From a virus (taxonomy: Duplodnaviria > Caudoviricetes), in IMG/VR virus record IMGVR_UViG_3300014205_000182, positions 32,001-96,000 of that record: DNA of 64,000 bases, one strand, 5' to 3'. Of this stretch, positions 19,577 to 30,198 are shown piece after piece. Position 1 is the first letter of the stretch. Each line of letters opens with the position of its first letter. The translations under genes were made by a program, and so were the position numbers. The notes under the pieces were generated by a model that worked only from the letters and a program-made list of their open reading frames with translations, was not told the origin of the DNA and ran no database searches.

Positions 19577-20909
19577 ACCTGTGTAACTGCCGAAGGTGAG
19601 CTATGACTCCCACGAAGGTATGACACGCGAAACTCCAGGATCGGAGGTTCTACAAATCCTAGCCATAACAGATTGCAGAGATCGTTGTAAGCCAGCTTAC
19701 TACACAACATGCAATCTATTCTCCATACACTTTGTACGAATGATAGGTAAGTAGTTCTTTGGGTCATAGCTTCGTCGATTAATTATTGCACAGTTTGCGC
19801 AAGAATCTCTAGAATTCGAGAATCAATCAGCTTTCTCAGACGGCGTAATTTCACCCTCGTTGGAGAATTTCTCCATTTGATTTATCTTCGCCCTATCTAT
19901 TTTTATTCTCTCCATCAAAGAATTAAATGTCGCCTCGGAAATAATATCTTGCTGGTACATTTCCCTGGCGAGATTAATCATTTCCTCAATCGGGTCATCC
20001 AATTCCATCGAAAATACCTTTCTTAGGCGGTCGCCGATAATCCCTCAATGCTCGAAATGCCCTGACTTGCACACCATGTGCATTAATTGCTGCGTCAGTC
20101 AAAGGCTTGACCTTGCACTCACAGGAGTTCTTCACAGCATCCTGTCGCTTACTCGCGGCTTCGAAAGCTGCCTGCCGAGCGTCAAGATACGCGTCTACCA
20201 GAATTTCGAGCTTACTCTTACCCATATCCAATTACACCCTTCGGAAACGTGAACCCAGCCTCGATTAGCAATTTCTCCAGCTTCTCCAGCCTGGCAAGAC
20301 GCAGGTCATTCCAGCGGTTATGATCCTGCACCCTCGTATTCTCGTGGTCAAGGTCTCGCAGAAAATCAAGCAAACGCTCGACGTGATCCACGTAATTACG
20401 AGCCCTATCGAGACTGTTCCCTAGCTGAACAGCCCGAATCTCGTCCTGAAGTTTACGAACCGCTTCCCAGGTTTCGTCAGTCATGTGTCCTCCTTCGGAG
20501 CAGGTCAGCAACAACCTGTGCATCCGTCTTTCCAAACAAATCTGCGACCAGTGATGCAGTAACCGATAGTGATGCATCCGACCCATCATCCAGCCAGTCG
20601 CAGTCGTCGTTATCCAGCAACCACTGAATGGCCTCGCGATAGCCGGGTCTCTTCACACCGCCACCAGGTTCATCTGCAACTGCGCCCGACGATTCCACTC
20701 GCGGTCACACTTACCGCAGTAAAAATGAACATCAACAACCATCAGTGGTGCCAAGCGAGGGTAAGACAGATAACTCTCGTCCGAGTAATCAGTCTCAACA
20801 ACCTCCCCACACTTGCAAGTGTCCGTACACTTGAATGGCAGATGCTGGCGCTTGTCACCCTCGACCGCGTCCGTACTTTCGATCTTCATGTAATGAAGGT
20901 AATCACGTC

Positions 20910-21539
20910 TTAAGGTGCGTCAAGAGGTAAAACCAGAGAGTACAGAGCATCCCTAAAAGCCACAGGTGTCAGCAATTTCTCAGAGCGCAAGAGTCGAGCA
21001 ACCGGCTTCTTACCAGCGTCCCTAGCAGCCCTACGTTCCTCTGCCGTGTGGAACCCCTCGTCCAAGCGTACGCCAGAGCTAGGACCCCAGATCAAATCAG
21101 CGGGCTTAGGGCCAACGTAATAAAGCCACGTGGCCTTACGAGCACGGTGACCGTAGTGCCCTTGCTCGACGCAACACACCCACCCCTCGGGCGCAGGAAT
21201 CCACCCACCCGTCTTAGGTGGTGCCGGTAATCCAAAGGCAGCAAAAGCATGACTAGCCTCAGGATGTTCCAGAACACCACCGTAACGTCGCACACTAGCG
21301 AGAGCGGATGCGAAACACCCACCATCATCGCCTAACACTCTCCGAACTTTAACCGAAGGACCACCGAACCAGTAACGCCCCCACCGCTCACACGGAGGAT
21401 GCGCTATCACTGGCCCAGGACCGGCGTACAACCGAGCATCACGAGAAATGTCCCACAAGTCTACCGGTAACGCCGAGTAGGGTCCACGTTTCTCAACAAA
21501 CAGGGCAGCAATCACCCTCCATTGTAGCAGCCCTGACAT
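20910..21539 (-). CDS. DNA cytosine methyltransferase-like protein
   Basis: IAHPPC catalytic-like motif, VLEHP (ENP variant) and YGHRARKATWL. Confidence 0.6.
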   Translation of the reverse strand: MSGLLQWRVIAALFVEKRGPYSALPVDLWDISRDARLYAGPGPVIAHPPCERWGRYWFGGPSVKVRRVLGDDGGCFASALASVRRYGGVLEHPEASHAFAAFGLPAPPKTGGWIPAPEGWVCCVEQGHYGHRARKATWLYYVGPKPADLIWGPSSGVRLDEGFHTAEERRAARDAGKKPVARLLRSEKLLTPVAFRDALYSLVLPLDAP

Positions 21540-21803
21540 AGGTTACCGATAAATAGCGGTAACCGACCGACCTAGAGCAGCCACCGACTCAGCGTAAACA
21601 ACGAGAGCGTCGTGGTAAGAATTGCTAGCCATTAGGACAGCATTCGCACGCTTCTCGATGACAGCCTCGTCGCCAGAGTAAGCCTTCGCGGACGCAAAAT
21701 CCAGCTTAGCCTTGTTGAAGGCGACGCGAGCCACCTCCACAGAATTTTCAGTAAGGGTCAATTCTTCGTATGCTTGAGCGGCTGACATCTTGTGCATACA
21801 AGC

Positions 21804-21832
21804 AACCTAAGCACGCTAGAGCCCACTGTCAA
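21804..21832 (-). promoter_or_regulatory. Sigma-70-like leaderless promoter (type example)
   Basis: TTGACA-17 nt(...GTGCT)-TAGGTT-6 nt-ATG(21797). Confidence 0.8.
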
Positions 21833-22224
21833 TTGACGAAAGTGACTTCGAACCCGATCTTAGCCAGCAACTCCACGATACGCTTCTCGCGAGCAGCCTC
21901 AAACTCTTCCTCAGTCAGAGTCATATCGGAATCTGCATAGCGCTGGTCGTTGGCCTGAAAAGCCTCGTACACATCCCAGTTCTCGTACTTAGACGGTTCG
22001 TCCAAGTGCCTAGGGATAAACAGCGGCTCAATATTCGGCTTTCTACCGAACATATCAGTAACCTGCTTAACCGTGCTCTTGTTCTCGATGTTCACCGGAG
22101 CATACCCGGCAGCCAGGCAAGCAAAGCCCAGGCAGCACATCTTCCCGTCCGACGGACGCAAAAGACGCGACGCATCAGAACCCTCACCGCGAAGCCACTT
22201 TGTGCGATCAATTTCAAGTTTCAT
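21829..22224 (-). CDS. CCLG-family protein, copy 2
   Basis: RTKWLRGEGS..LLRPSDGKMCCLGFAC..AND..RE..FVN; has its own leaderless promoter. Confidence 0.8.
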   Translation of the reverse strand: MKLEIDRTKWLRGEGSDASRLLRPSDGKMCCLGFACLAAGYAPVNIENKSTVKQVTDMFGRKPNIEPLFIPRHLDEPSKYENWDVYEAFQANDQRYADSDMTLTEEEFEAAREKRIVELLAKIGFEVTFVN

Positions 22225-22254
22225 AGCATGAACCTAAGCACGAAAGAGCAGCTG

Positions 22255-22867
22255 TCAACCGTCAACATACTCCGGTCGACAAGAAGCCTTGCAGAAGCAG
22301 CGCGAACCTAGATAAGCAGGCCCACCACATCCGTAGCACTTATGTGGCCACTTATTCTCCGTCTTAGCAACCGTTTTTTCGACCGGAGCAACAGAATCCC
22401 ACCTCGGGATAAACGTCACCGGAGTAGTGCTTTTTGTTGCCCAGTGATCTCCTTGGAACCAACCCGTCCTACCGTCGTTACTAGGAAAACCAGCCGGTAG
22501 AGTATCTATACAATAGTAGAACTTGCTTGGCTTTTCCGGGTAGAAGTAACACTCACCGAGCTTGACATCGCTTCGTGTAGAAGTGCCCGAAGTACGAAGG
22601 CTCACCGGTGGTGCAGAAGTAATGCTCACCGCAGGTGCGGCAGAGTAATGTGGAATCAACTCCACCAGCGCAGAGCCGTCATACCCAGCATCGTACTGAA
22701 GCTTACCAGGACCGTGTGAGTTACTCCAGTACCCCATTAGGCAACGCAGGCACACCCTTACCGGCGATAAGCATCTCAATGCAAACACCCTGCTGGGTAC
22801 CGCCCATGTGCTTGTAACACTCACCAGGCAGAACTTCATCACGACGCACGACACCAATTCTACTCAC
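22255..22867 (-). CDS. Two-module paralog of the 751-aa repeat protein plus Zn ribbon; frameshift near 22733
   Basis: GTG 22867 gives MSRIGVVRRDEVLPGECY.., which joins ..YWSN..VELIPHY..LRTSG..DVKLGECY..FIPRWD..CYGCGG if one G of GGGG is removed. Confidence 0.65.
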
Positions 22868-23214
22868 GGCAACTCCTTCACAAACACGAGCACTGCATCC
22901 GCGTGATTACGCAGACGATCAGCATACAACCCGGCAGCAATGCGCAGATTCTCCTTCGCCTGCGACTGAATCAGCGGCGAGAGCCCCCAATTCTTGGCAT
23001 TCGAATACGCACACTGTGCGGAATGAAACCCAGCCTTAGCAAAGCCGAGGATCTCGATCGACTCGAAGTAGTTATCCATCGTCATACACCCACCTTAAGC
23101 ATCGCCTTAGCGAGCGCAAGCCTAAATCCGGTTAAATGTGACTCCTCAGACAGAGTCATCACCCACGGCACAGACGAAGCCAGCAATCCAAAGACGACAT
23201 CGGCATCCCAGGTT

Positions 23215-23925
23215 TTACGCAGCACGACGCCGATCCCCTACGCGTGACTTCTCAGCCCAACGCTCACGAACCAGTACCGCAAGGTCAGCAACCGGCGTAC
23301 TATCAACAGGCCAACCAAAGAACTCATCTTCACCGGGCCAATTGTCACACCCGTCATAGTAAACACCAGAGCACTCGTCGCACGTACAACCAACGTGATC
23401 ACTGGTAGCGTAATAGTGCTCCACAGATAGCATCGACATACGATGCTCGTACTCTTGTTCCTCAACAGACACAGGAGCGTCAACACGACCCTCCAACCAG
23501 AGAGGCACCCATTCAGGATCCCTGGGCTCTACACGGTCACGCCAATGATCGTAGTCGTCATCGTAAGGACTATAGTCGTAATCCCAACACCGGTCACAAT
23601 CGCAACCATCATAACAACCACAATACTTACAAGAGTCAGAACCATAACGCAGGTACGACTGATAACCCTCGTCAGCGTAGCGCTGATATTGCTGCTCAAG
23701 CGCCAGAGCAGCGACCTTACCGTAACGTGTGAAGACATCAGCCCAGCAATCGGCACCTTCTGGCAGAGCCATGTCCACTAGCTCTGATTGAACGTCGACC
23801 GAACGACGAACATCGCGAGGAGCATCAGAGAAAGGCAGGACGTTCCTACGCATCCACCGACGTCCAGCAAGCTTTGGAGTACCCTCACCGCGAATGTGAA
23901 CATCAGGGTGCTTGGTGCGACTCAT
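23215..23925 (-). CDS. Hypothetical protein, basic N-terminus and acidic Cys/Tyr-rich C-terminus
   Basis: Leaderless promoter; CKYCGCYDGCDCDRC and HVGCTCDEC motifs. Confidence 0.65.
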   Translation of the reverse strand: MSRTKHPDVHIRGEGTPKLAGRRWMRRNVLPFSDAPRDVRRSVDVQSELVDMALPEGADCWADVFTRYGKVAALALEQQYQRYADEGYQSYLRYGSDSCKYCGCYDGCDCDRCWDYDYSPYDDDYDHWRDRVEPRDPEWVPLWLEGRVDAPVSVEEQEYEHRMSMLSVEHYYATSDHVGCTCDECSGVYYDGCDNWPGEDEFFGWPVDSTPVADLAVLVRERWAEKSRVGDRRRAA

Positions 23926-24788
23926 ATGATCAACCTAAGCACTCAGAGGAGTGCGTGCAAGAGCCATCGGCGCCAATTAACGAAATTACTCCAACCCGCG
24001 CCAGCACCGCCGTAAATACTTACGCAGCCGACGCAGACGCAGAGTTTCCTCAGCAGCAGCACGCCGAGCCCGAGTAACTTCAGTAGGGATGCCCGTGTTA
24101 TACGGAGCCCAAGGATCCATTCCCCAGTCTGCCACAGGTGTTAGCCACGCAGCATCAATCAGAACCACACGTGGCTTACGTACCCAGTTAAACCGACGGT
24201 CGCGAAGCACACGAACCTTACACAGGTCGCTGGTACCCTTGCGACGCTCCCGAGAAACGACAATACCATAACCCTTGAGACATCGCAGGCGTACAAATTC
24301 CATCTTAGTGCGCCCCGCTCGTGCAAGTGCCTCGGACTTAACCCAGTGACCAAGACGATGCCAGAACCAAATGAAGTACTGCCACTGCTGACACTCTTCT
24401 GCGTATAGGCCACCAATGCGTGCCCACATGATACGCGTGTCCCACCAGTAAGTAAACTCCGGTGAGCCTCTGAGGGGAGCAGGACCTATCCAGAACGGAA
24501 TCATACACCTACATTAAGCACTGGTTAGCGTTTGTCAACGCACCAACGAACCAACCAGTACAAACGAACCGCGCATAAGTTCACGGTGCTGGTAGGTAAG
24601 TGTAGGACGAACAGTAGTACGCCAACCTTCACGTGACCAGGTGGCCGTCGGTAGAGGCGTCATGAGCATCACAGAGACGTGGTCAAACCCCTCGATAGAA
24701 TCAGCGAAAGTCATCGCCGATTCAAAATCGGAACCGGCCCAAGCAATGTCATCGCCTTCGTAAACATAACCCGTATAGACCACGTAAA

Positions 24789-25079
24789 TCATTGCCACAC
24801 CATAAGAAGCATAAGAGCCTTAGCCCGCTTCGAAGGCTCAGCAGTGAGAAATCCCCTGCCTCTGCCCTTGGAGTAATCAGGCACCGTAGTAAACTGCGAA
24901 GCAGTAGGGTCAACAATCACCGACGTTTCAATCCCGAGCCCGTCAGTCTTGGTAGTAAGCACCAGATACCAGTGAACATCACCCTCATGCCTGACAGTAT
25001 GTGGAACATACCCAGCCTTCTTACCACCGAGCAAGTGATAAAGAGCCTCGCAGGTTACGTAGCAATTACCGCGCGGCAT
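24789..25079 (-). CDS. Papain/transglutaminase-like small protein
   Basis: GNCYVTCEALYHLLG..HWYL..VDPTASQF Cys-His-Asp pattern. Start moved to ATG 25079. Confidence 0.55.
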   Translation of the reverse strand: MPRGNCYVTCEALYHLLGGKKAGYVPHTVRHEGDVHWYLVLTTKTDGLGIETSVIVDPTASQFTTVPDYSKGRGRGFLTAEPSKRAKALMLLMVWQ

Positions 25080-26025
25080 CACACCCTCGGTAGGCTGCGA
25101 ATGAACTTTGCGATCTTGTAGTCCATATAACGTGCGCCAAGAAAAAACCCTAGCGCGAAGGAAACAACGACCAGCATCACCGCTGACCACGAGGAACAAA
25201 CGTGCCCAGCCGAACACACTCGGCGCGGTGAACGTCGCAGAGATCCTTGCTGACACGCAGCCCCGGCATCTGACCGTCAACGAGAACGCGACCACGGTAC
25301 GACTTGATAGCCGGGATCATCATGTCGAACTGCACCATACGCTTCTCGTCATCGCTGAGCGCAGGCCACTTAGGCTCAGGAGGGTTACGACGAAGAAGCT
25401 CTGCCGCCACTTCGTCGCGAAGCAATTCGAGGGTCCAATCGGGGAGGTTCTTGATGTCCAGAGTCGTTGTGATCAGCATACATTTACCTTAATCATCGCT
25501 GGTAGAGGTGTCAAGGTACCAGGCCAGTGCAGCCTCGTAATCCTCAACCGACTTCTTATCGTCGTAGCTAGTGACATAAAACGAGCCAGGCATCGAAGGC
25601 TTTACCTTCTCACGAGCCAACCGCAACCGTTCCTCTAACACACCCAATTGCTTGGCAGCAGCCAGCGGAACAACTACCTGGAGAATCCGGACCAGCTGCC
25701 CAGTCCAATACATCTTCTCGTACGGGCTAGCCGGGTAGTCTGCGAAACCAAAGCGGTTGACGGTCATACATACCTCCGCATAGGAATCTGACCACAGCAC
25801 TCACACCTATCAGGCTCCTCGTTAACCTGAACGTCATGCCGCCCATTAATGAACACACACCACACCGGCTCGTCCGATTCGTCCGATGGTTCGAATCGAA
25901 TCTCGATGTCGTTACGCACGAAATCATCGTCCCAATCACAATAAAGGAACATGTCCCTTGCGATAATTAGAGCAACGTCCAAGCTAGGAATGCCCATCCC
26001 AGCAGGACCGCCCATCGTATCGATG

Positions 26026-26526
26026 CTATAGGTCTTCATCACAACTCCCACAACCCAGTAAACACGCAGCAGCCTTGACGTCAAGCTCAGTTATCACATC
26101 TGAAGTGGGTTCCGGTGTCATAATCGACGCCCCGTGGATGCTGTCGGAGTGTCCCAGACCGATAGCATGACCAAACTCGTGTAAAAGAATGGCCGGGTGG
26201 TCCAGCAAACGGTGATTGATGATGAAGAATGGGACACGCACCTTGATCCCGTCCGAAGTAGTAACGCCTCTAATATTGCTATTAGCAGGCCAATTACTGT
26301 ACCTCACCAGCGTCACAGGGTTCCCGTTAGCCCCCATGACAAAAGGCGCAGTACACCCCACGTTGACCATGACCGTGTTCCAGGAATCCATGTCCTTAGT
26401 TACTTGCTCAGACCACCCTGTGGTGTGTTCAGGGTATTCTGAGTGGGCAGTAACGATGGCAGTAGGGACATCATCCCACGCATAATCTGTGGTGCAAGAC
26501 GCTAACAAAAGAAGTAGAACTCTCAT
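26026..26526 (-). CDS. Lipoprotein metzincin (matrixin-like) metalloprotease
   Basis: Lipobox LLLASC; HEFGHAIGLGH; Met-turn SIMTP. Confidence 0.85.
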   Translation of the reverse strand: MRVLLLLLASCTTDYAWDDVPTAIVTAHSEYPEHTTGWSEQVTKDMDSWNTVMVNVGCTAPFVMGANGNPVTLVRYSNWPANSNIRGVTTSDGIKVRVPFFIINHRLLDHPAILLHEFGHAIGLGHSDSIHGASIMTPEPTSDVITELDVKAAACLLGCGSCDEDL

Positions 26527-26790
26527 TGGTTTGCCTTGAACCACCACGACCACGCAGAGCGTCGCAGAGGTTCGTAAATGGTGACCTGCTTCAAAGCGTA
26601 CGCAGCTTCGGCCTGCTCAAACCGGGTATCAGGGGGCGACATCTCAGGATCGAACCTGATCTCTCCACAAACTGCACACTCTTGCGCAGCAGAACCACGG
26701 TAGATGGGATCGTTGTGTCCGCAGGGCCAGGGCTGTTCGAACCATTCACTCATGCAATGAACGTAATCACCCTACAGCCCGACGCAAGAG

Positions 26791-29046
26791 CTAAACAGCA
26801 ACCTTCAAAGTTGAGGAGATAGAAACCTCAGACGAGTAGGTCTCATAGTTCATGGTAAGAGAAAGCTTCGAGCCTTCCTTGACTAGACTAATGGCTTCCA
26901 CCGTCCGCTTGTACAGAGAAACCAGACGCTTCTGATCCAGACCGGCGTACCGAGCCGCAGCCCTCGTGTAGCCGTAAATCATCCACGGTACACCCGCAGA
27001 AAGCGAGTCGAGCATCGAGTTAAGATTGGTACCATTGTAGGTTTCCCGTAGATACTTCTCCGCTCCACCAACTAGAGCATAAAAAACCAGGGCAGTGTCA
27101 CGCTTCATGTGAGTCAGAGCATCAGGCGTGAACCCCGCAACATCAAAAACCTTAGTCGGAGTCTTTCCGTCAGCAAGATGATAATACAGCATACCAAACG
27201 CAGGCTTCACGACAGCGTTAGCAACGCCAACCCCGGTAACGGAGCCAGGAGAGCCAAAGAAACCGCCCTCATAGCGCAGCCAGAGCATCGCACCCTGCGC
27301 CATGTACTCGTTATGTGGAGCGTATTCATCACCAGGAAAGTGCTCCATGAGATCGTGGACTGCCATGATCGGAGCAACCGGATCAAATCCCTTATCCTGA
27401 CCATTGCCAGATAGATCAAGCGGTCGCCAGCCAAGCTCGCTCGTGTAACTGTTCTTACCGACGTCGAACGTATACGTGCGACCACTGTTGCCGTACTTGT
27501 GGGTAGTCTTCTCACCAGAAGTGCGCAGGACCGTACGATATCCGGGGATAAGTGTAACGACCCTGTCTGGACGAGTCGCGCTCTTACTGGTACCGGCAAA
27601 ATCATACCCCCAACCAGAGGGCAGGTCACTAGGGCTTCGAGTTTCCGCATCCATCATCTGAAAGATCCTGCGAAAAACCCCATCCTCTTCGTAGGTGAAG
27701 GATTCACCGTCCCGAACGTCCTTGCGAAGAACCTTACCAGAAGTACGGATCTCCGTAGACTCCTGATTCCACAGAGGGACAAACCGAACCTTATTACCAG
27801 CAGTCTCAATACCTAGAGTGCCAGTCTGAACCAACGACCACGACCTCGGCATCCCATCCGGCCTCTTAGTTGCATGCAGGTAAGGGCTATCAGCCGATCC
27901 CGTCTCAACGTAGTAGAAAGCTTCACCAGGCTTGACGTCGCCACGAATGGACTCACCAGAAGTGCGCAGAGCAGTAGTAGTATCCCACTTAGGGATAAAC
28001 TTAATCCTTACCGAAGCGCCAGCACCGTCACCTGTGGAAAGGTTCCAGCCAGCAGGTACACGTTCTGAACCTACAGCTTTGTAGTACTTGTCGTCGCTCT
28101 TAAACGTACCTTCAGTGTACTGAAAAGCTTCACCAGGCTTCACGTCGCCGCGAATAGACTCACCAGAAGTGCGCAGGGCCGGGCTCACCTCAGCATCCCA
28201 CCGAGGAATCCTAGTAATCTTCTCGGTCATCGAGCCCGAACCCTGAGTGGAGTAATCCCAGATACCATCCCTAGGCATATCAGCCGGCATGGTGTCGGAC
28301 ACAATAAACTTCGCGGTCGGAGTCTGATTGTAGTAGAACGTATCCCCCTGCTTGAGATCCTTGCGCAGCAAGGGCTCAGCACGATAACTCGGGATTAGCA
28401 CAACCGGTTCTAGGGGGTTACCGCCATAGTTAGAGTTAGAGTACTTCCATCCAGTAGGGAGGTCCGAAGGCTTGACGTCGGCCACAATGATCTTCTCGTG
28501 AGGGTAATCAACGTAGTGAAACGTATCCCCAGTCTTGAGATCCTTGCGCAGGAGTGTAGGGCTCGCATCCCACCGAGGGATCAGAACGACCCTTCGGTTC
28601 TCGTCATTAGGCGCGGCAGGGATGTCACCAAGATACCAATCCGCTGGCATACCTTGCAGACGCTCACGGGAAAGAAAGTGAGCCGGCCCAGGGTTACCGT
28701 TACTGGTAACATACTTGTACGATTCACCCGGACGAACGTCCTTACGCAACATTTCACCAGAAGTACGAATAGTGTTCTCAGGCATAGAAACTCCGTCAGG
28801 CGCGACTAGAAAAATGTGCTTCTCAGAACCCAGATGTGGGATGTACGTTTTCTCACTGGCCTTACTCCACATCACCAGCAGATTGGCAGGAGGATTGTTA
28901 TGCGTGAAGTACCAGCACTTAGCTTCTGGCTTCAAGCCGTCAAGCGAAGCGCGTGCCTCGACAACAGAACCGTCAGGCAGCTTGTACTGCTGACCAACGG
29001 TAAAGTCGGAGTAAAAGTAGGGGCGGCGTTCGAGTTGCGTAATCAT
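26791..29046 (-). CDS. 751-aa modular repeat protein with C-terminal HDxxEH domain
   Basis: Six approximately 65-75-aa modules (LRTSGE..RxDVKPGE.F.Y...IPRWD); leaderless promoter. Confidence 0.85.
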   Translation of the reverse strand: MITQLERRPYFYSDFTVGQQYKLPDGSVVEARASLDGLKPEAKCWYFTHNNPPANLLVMWSKASEKTYIPHLGSEKHIFLVAPDGVSMPENTIRTSGEMLRKDVRPGESYKYVTSNGNPGPAHFLSRERLQGMPADWYLGDIPAAPNDENRRVVLIPRWDASPTLLRKDLKTGDTFHYVDYPHEKIIVADVKPSDLPTGWKYSNSNYGGNPLEPVVLIPSYRAEPLLRKDLKQGDTFYYNQTPTAKFIVSDTMPADMPRDGIWDYSTQGSGSMTEKITRIPRWDAEVSPALRTSGESIRGDVKPGEAFQYTEGTFKSDDKYYKAVGSERVPAGWNLSTGDGAGASVRIKFIPKWDTTTALRTSGESIRGDVKPGEAFYYVETGSADSPYLHATKRPDGMPRSWSLVQTGTLGIETAGNKVRFVPLWNQESTEIRTSGKVLRKDVRDGESFTYEEDGVFRRIFQMMDAETRSPSDLPSGWGYDFAGTSKSATRPDRVVTLIPGYRTVLRTSGEKTTHKYGNSGRTYTFDVGKNSYTSELGWRPLDLSGNGQDKGFDPVAPIMAVHDLMEHFPGDEYAPHNEYMAQGAMLWLRYEGGFFGSPGSVTGVGVANAVVKPAFGMLYYHLADGKTPTKVFDVAGFTPDALTHMKRDTALVFYALVGGAEKYLRETYNGTNLNSMLDSLSAGVPWMIYGYTRAAARYAGLDQKRLVSLYKRTVEAISLVKEGSKLSLTMNYETYSSEVSISSTLKVAV

Positions 29047-29602
29047 GAAATCACCTTAAGCATCGAGGGTGAGCAGGTCAAGGGCTAAGTGTGATCCCTG
29101 TGAATTCGCTTAGTCTTGTCACCCTGCATCATCATCCGCTTAGTCTCGGAGTAGAAAGCATCGGCACCGTTTTCGACAGCAGCCAGATACGCTTGCTCTG
29201 CTTCCTCTTCATCACGGAAGAATTCAACAGTGGTCTCAACGCCCCAGAAGGCAACCATGACCCACTTGCGCCCTTTGCTAGTATCCCATGTAGACATAAA
29301 CAACTCCTTCATACCAGTTCTCTTTTCACACAATCAGCGTGGTCACAAAAATCACCGGCATCAGCATCGAACTCAGCAATGTACTCTGCCTCAGGAACGT
29401 TCTCGAAAAGCACGCGATGCTCGTCACACGCGTAGACAATCGAGTAGGTCTCACCGTCGGCATGATCACCGGCGTCATCGTGAACGTGTATGATGTGTAG
29501 CTTCTTCATATAGACAACCTAAGCACTCCGAGACCCCTCGCAAGGGGTAATTTCAGTCAATATCAATTTGCAAAAATCATACCACCGTGCTAACCATAAG
29601 AA

Positions 29603-30139
29603 ATGGCAGGACCTAAAGATCGCAAAAACTCACACGGCCACGACAAATCCACGCGAGAGAGCCGGGTAAGTCTTGCAGCCTATCTAAGGCAACGGTTTCC
29701 TATGGTTGTCATCGCAGACATGTACGAGATCTTACTCATGCGAAAGATGCCCAAGGTCGTAAAGGTCCCAGAGGATGAAGAGTGTCATGAGGGCTGTGAA
29801 TGCGGCCTAGCAGTCGTAGCAGAGGACACCTACGCCGGTCAAGGCCCAACGATCGACCACATGATGCTCACCATCGCACGCATCATGGAACGCAGCTACG
29901 GACAGCCTGCACAGCACATGCACATCGAGGCAGAGGTGCGAGCAGAAGTGCAGGCCATCAGCGCTGGTGTCGATCCCAGGTACCTAGGCAAGCTAAGCCC
30001 ACAGGCACTGCTAGCAATCCGTAACGCTGTAAAGGGACTCAGTCCAGCAGAACTCCCAGCCGGCGAACCGGACCTAGAGATTATCGACGCAACCTCTAGG
30101 GATGTAACCAAGAACGGAAAGCCTAGCGACGACGCTTAG
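29603..30139 (+). CDS. Probable terminase small subunit
   Basis: Lies immediately upstream of TerL; MERSYGQPAQ resembles the 'DR..GKP.Q' motif of TerS proteins. Confidence 0.55.
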   Translation: MAGPKDRKNSHGHDKSTRESRVSLAAYLRQRFPMVVIADMYEILLMRKMPKVVKVPEDEECHEGCECGLAVVAEDTYAGQGPTIDHMMLTIARIMERSYGQPAQHMHIEAEVRAEVQAISAGVDPRYLGKLSPQALLAIRNAVKGLSPAELPAGEPDLEIIDATSRDVTKNGKPSDDA

Positions 30140-30198
30140 GAAGTGGATCGTTACTTGATCTTCATAACCTCAACCTAACCACCTCTTAAGGACTGTCA

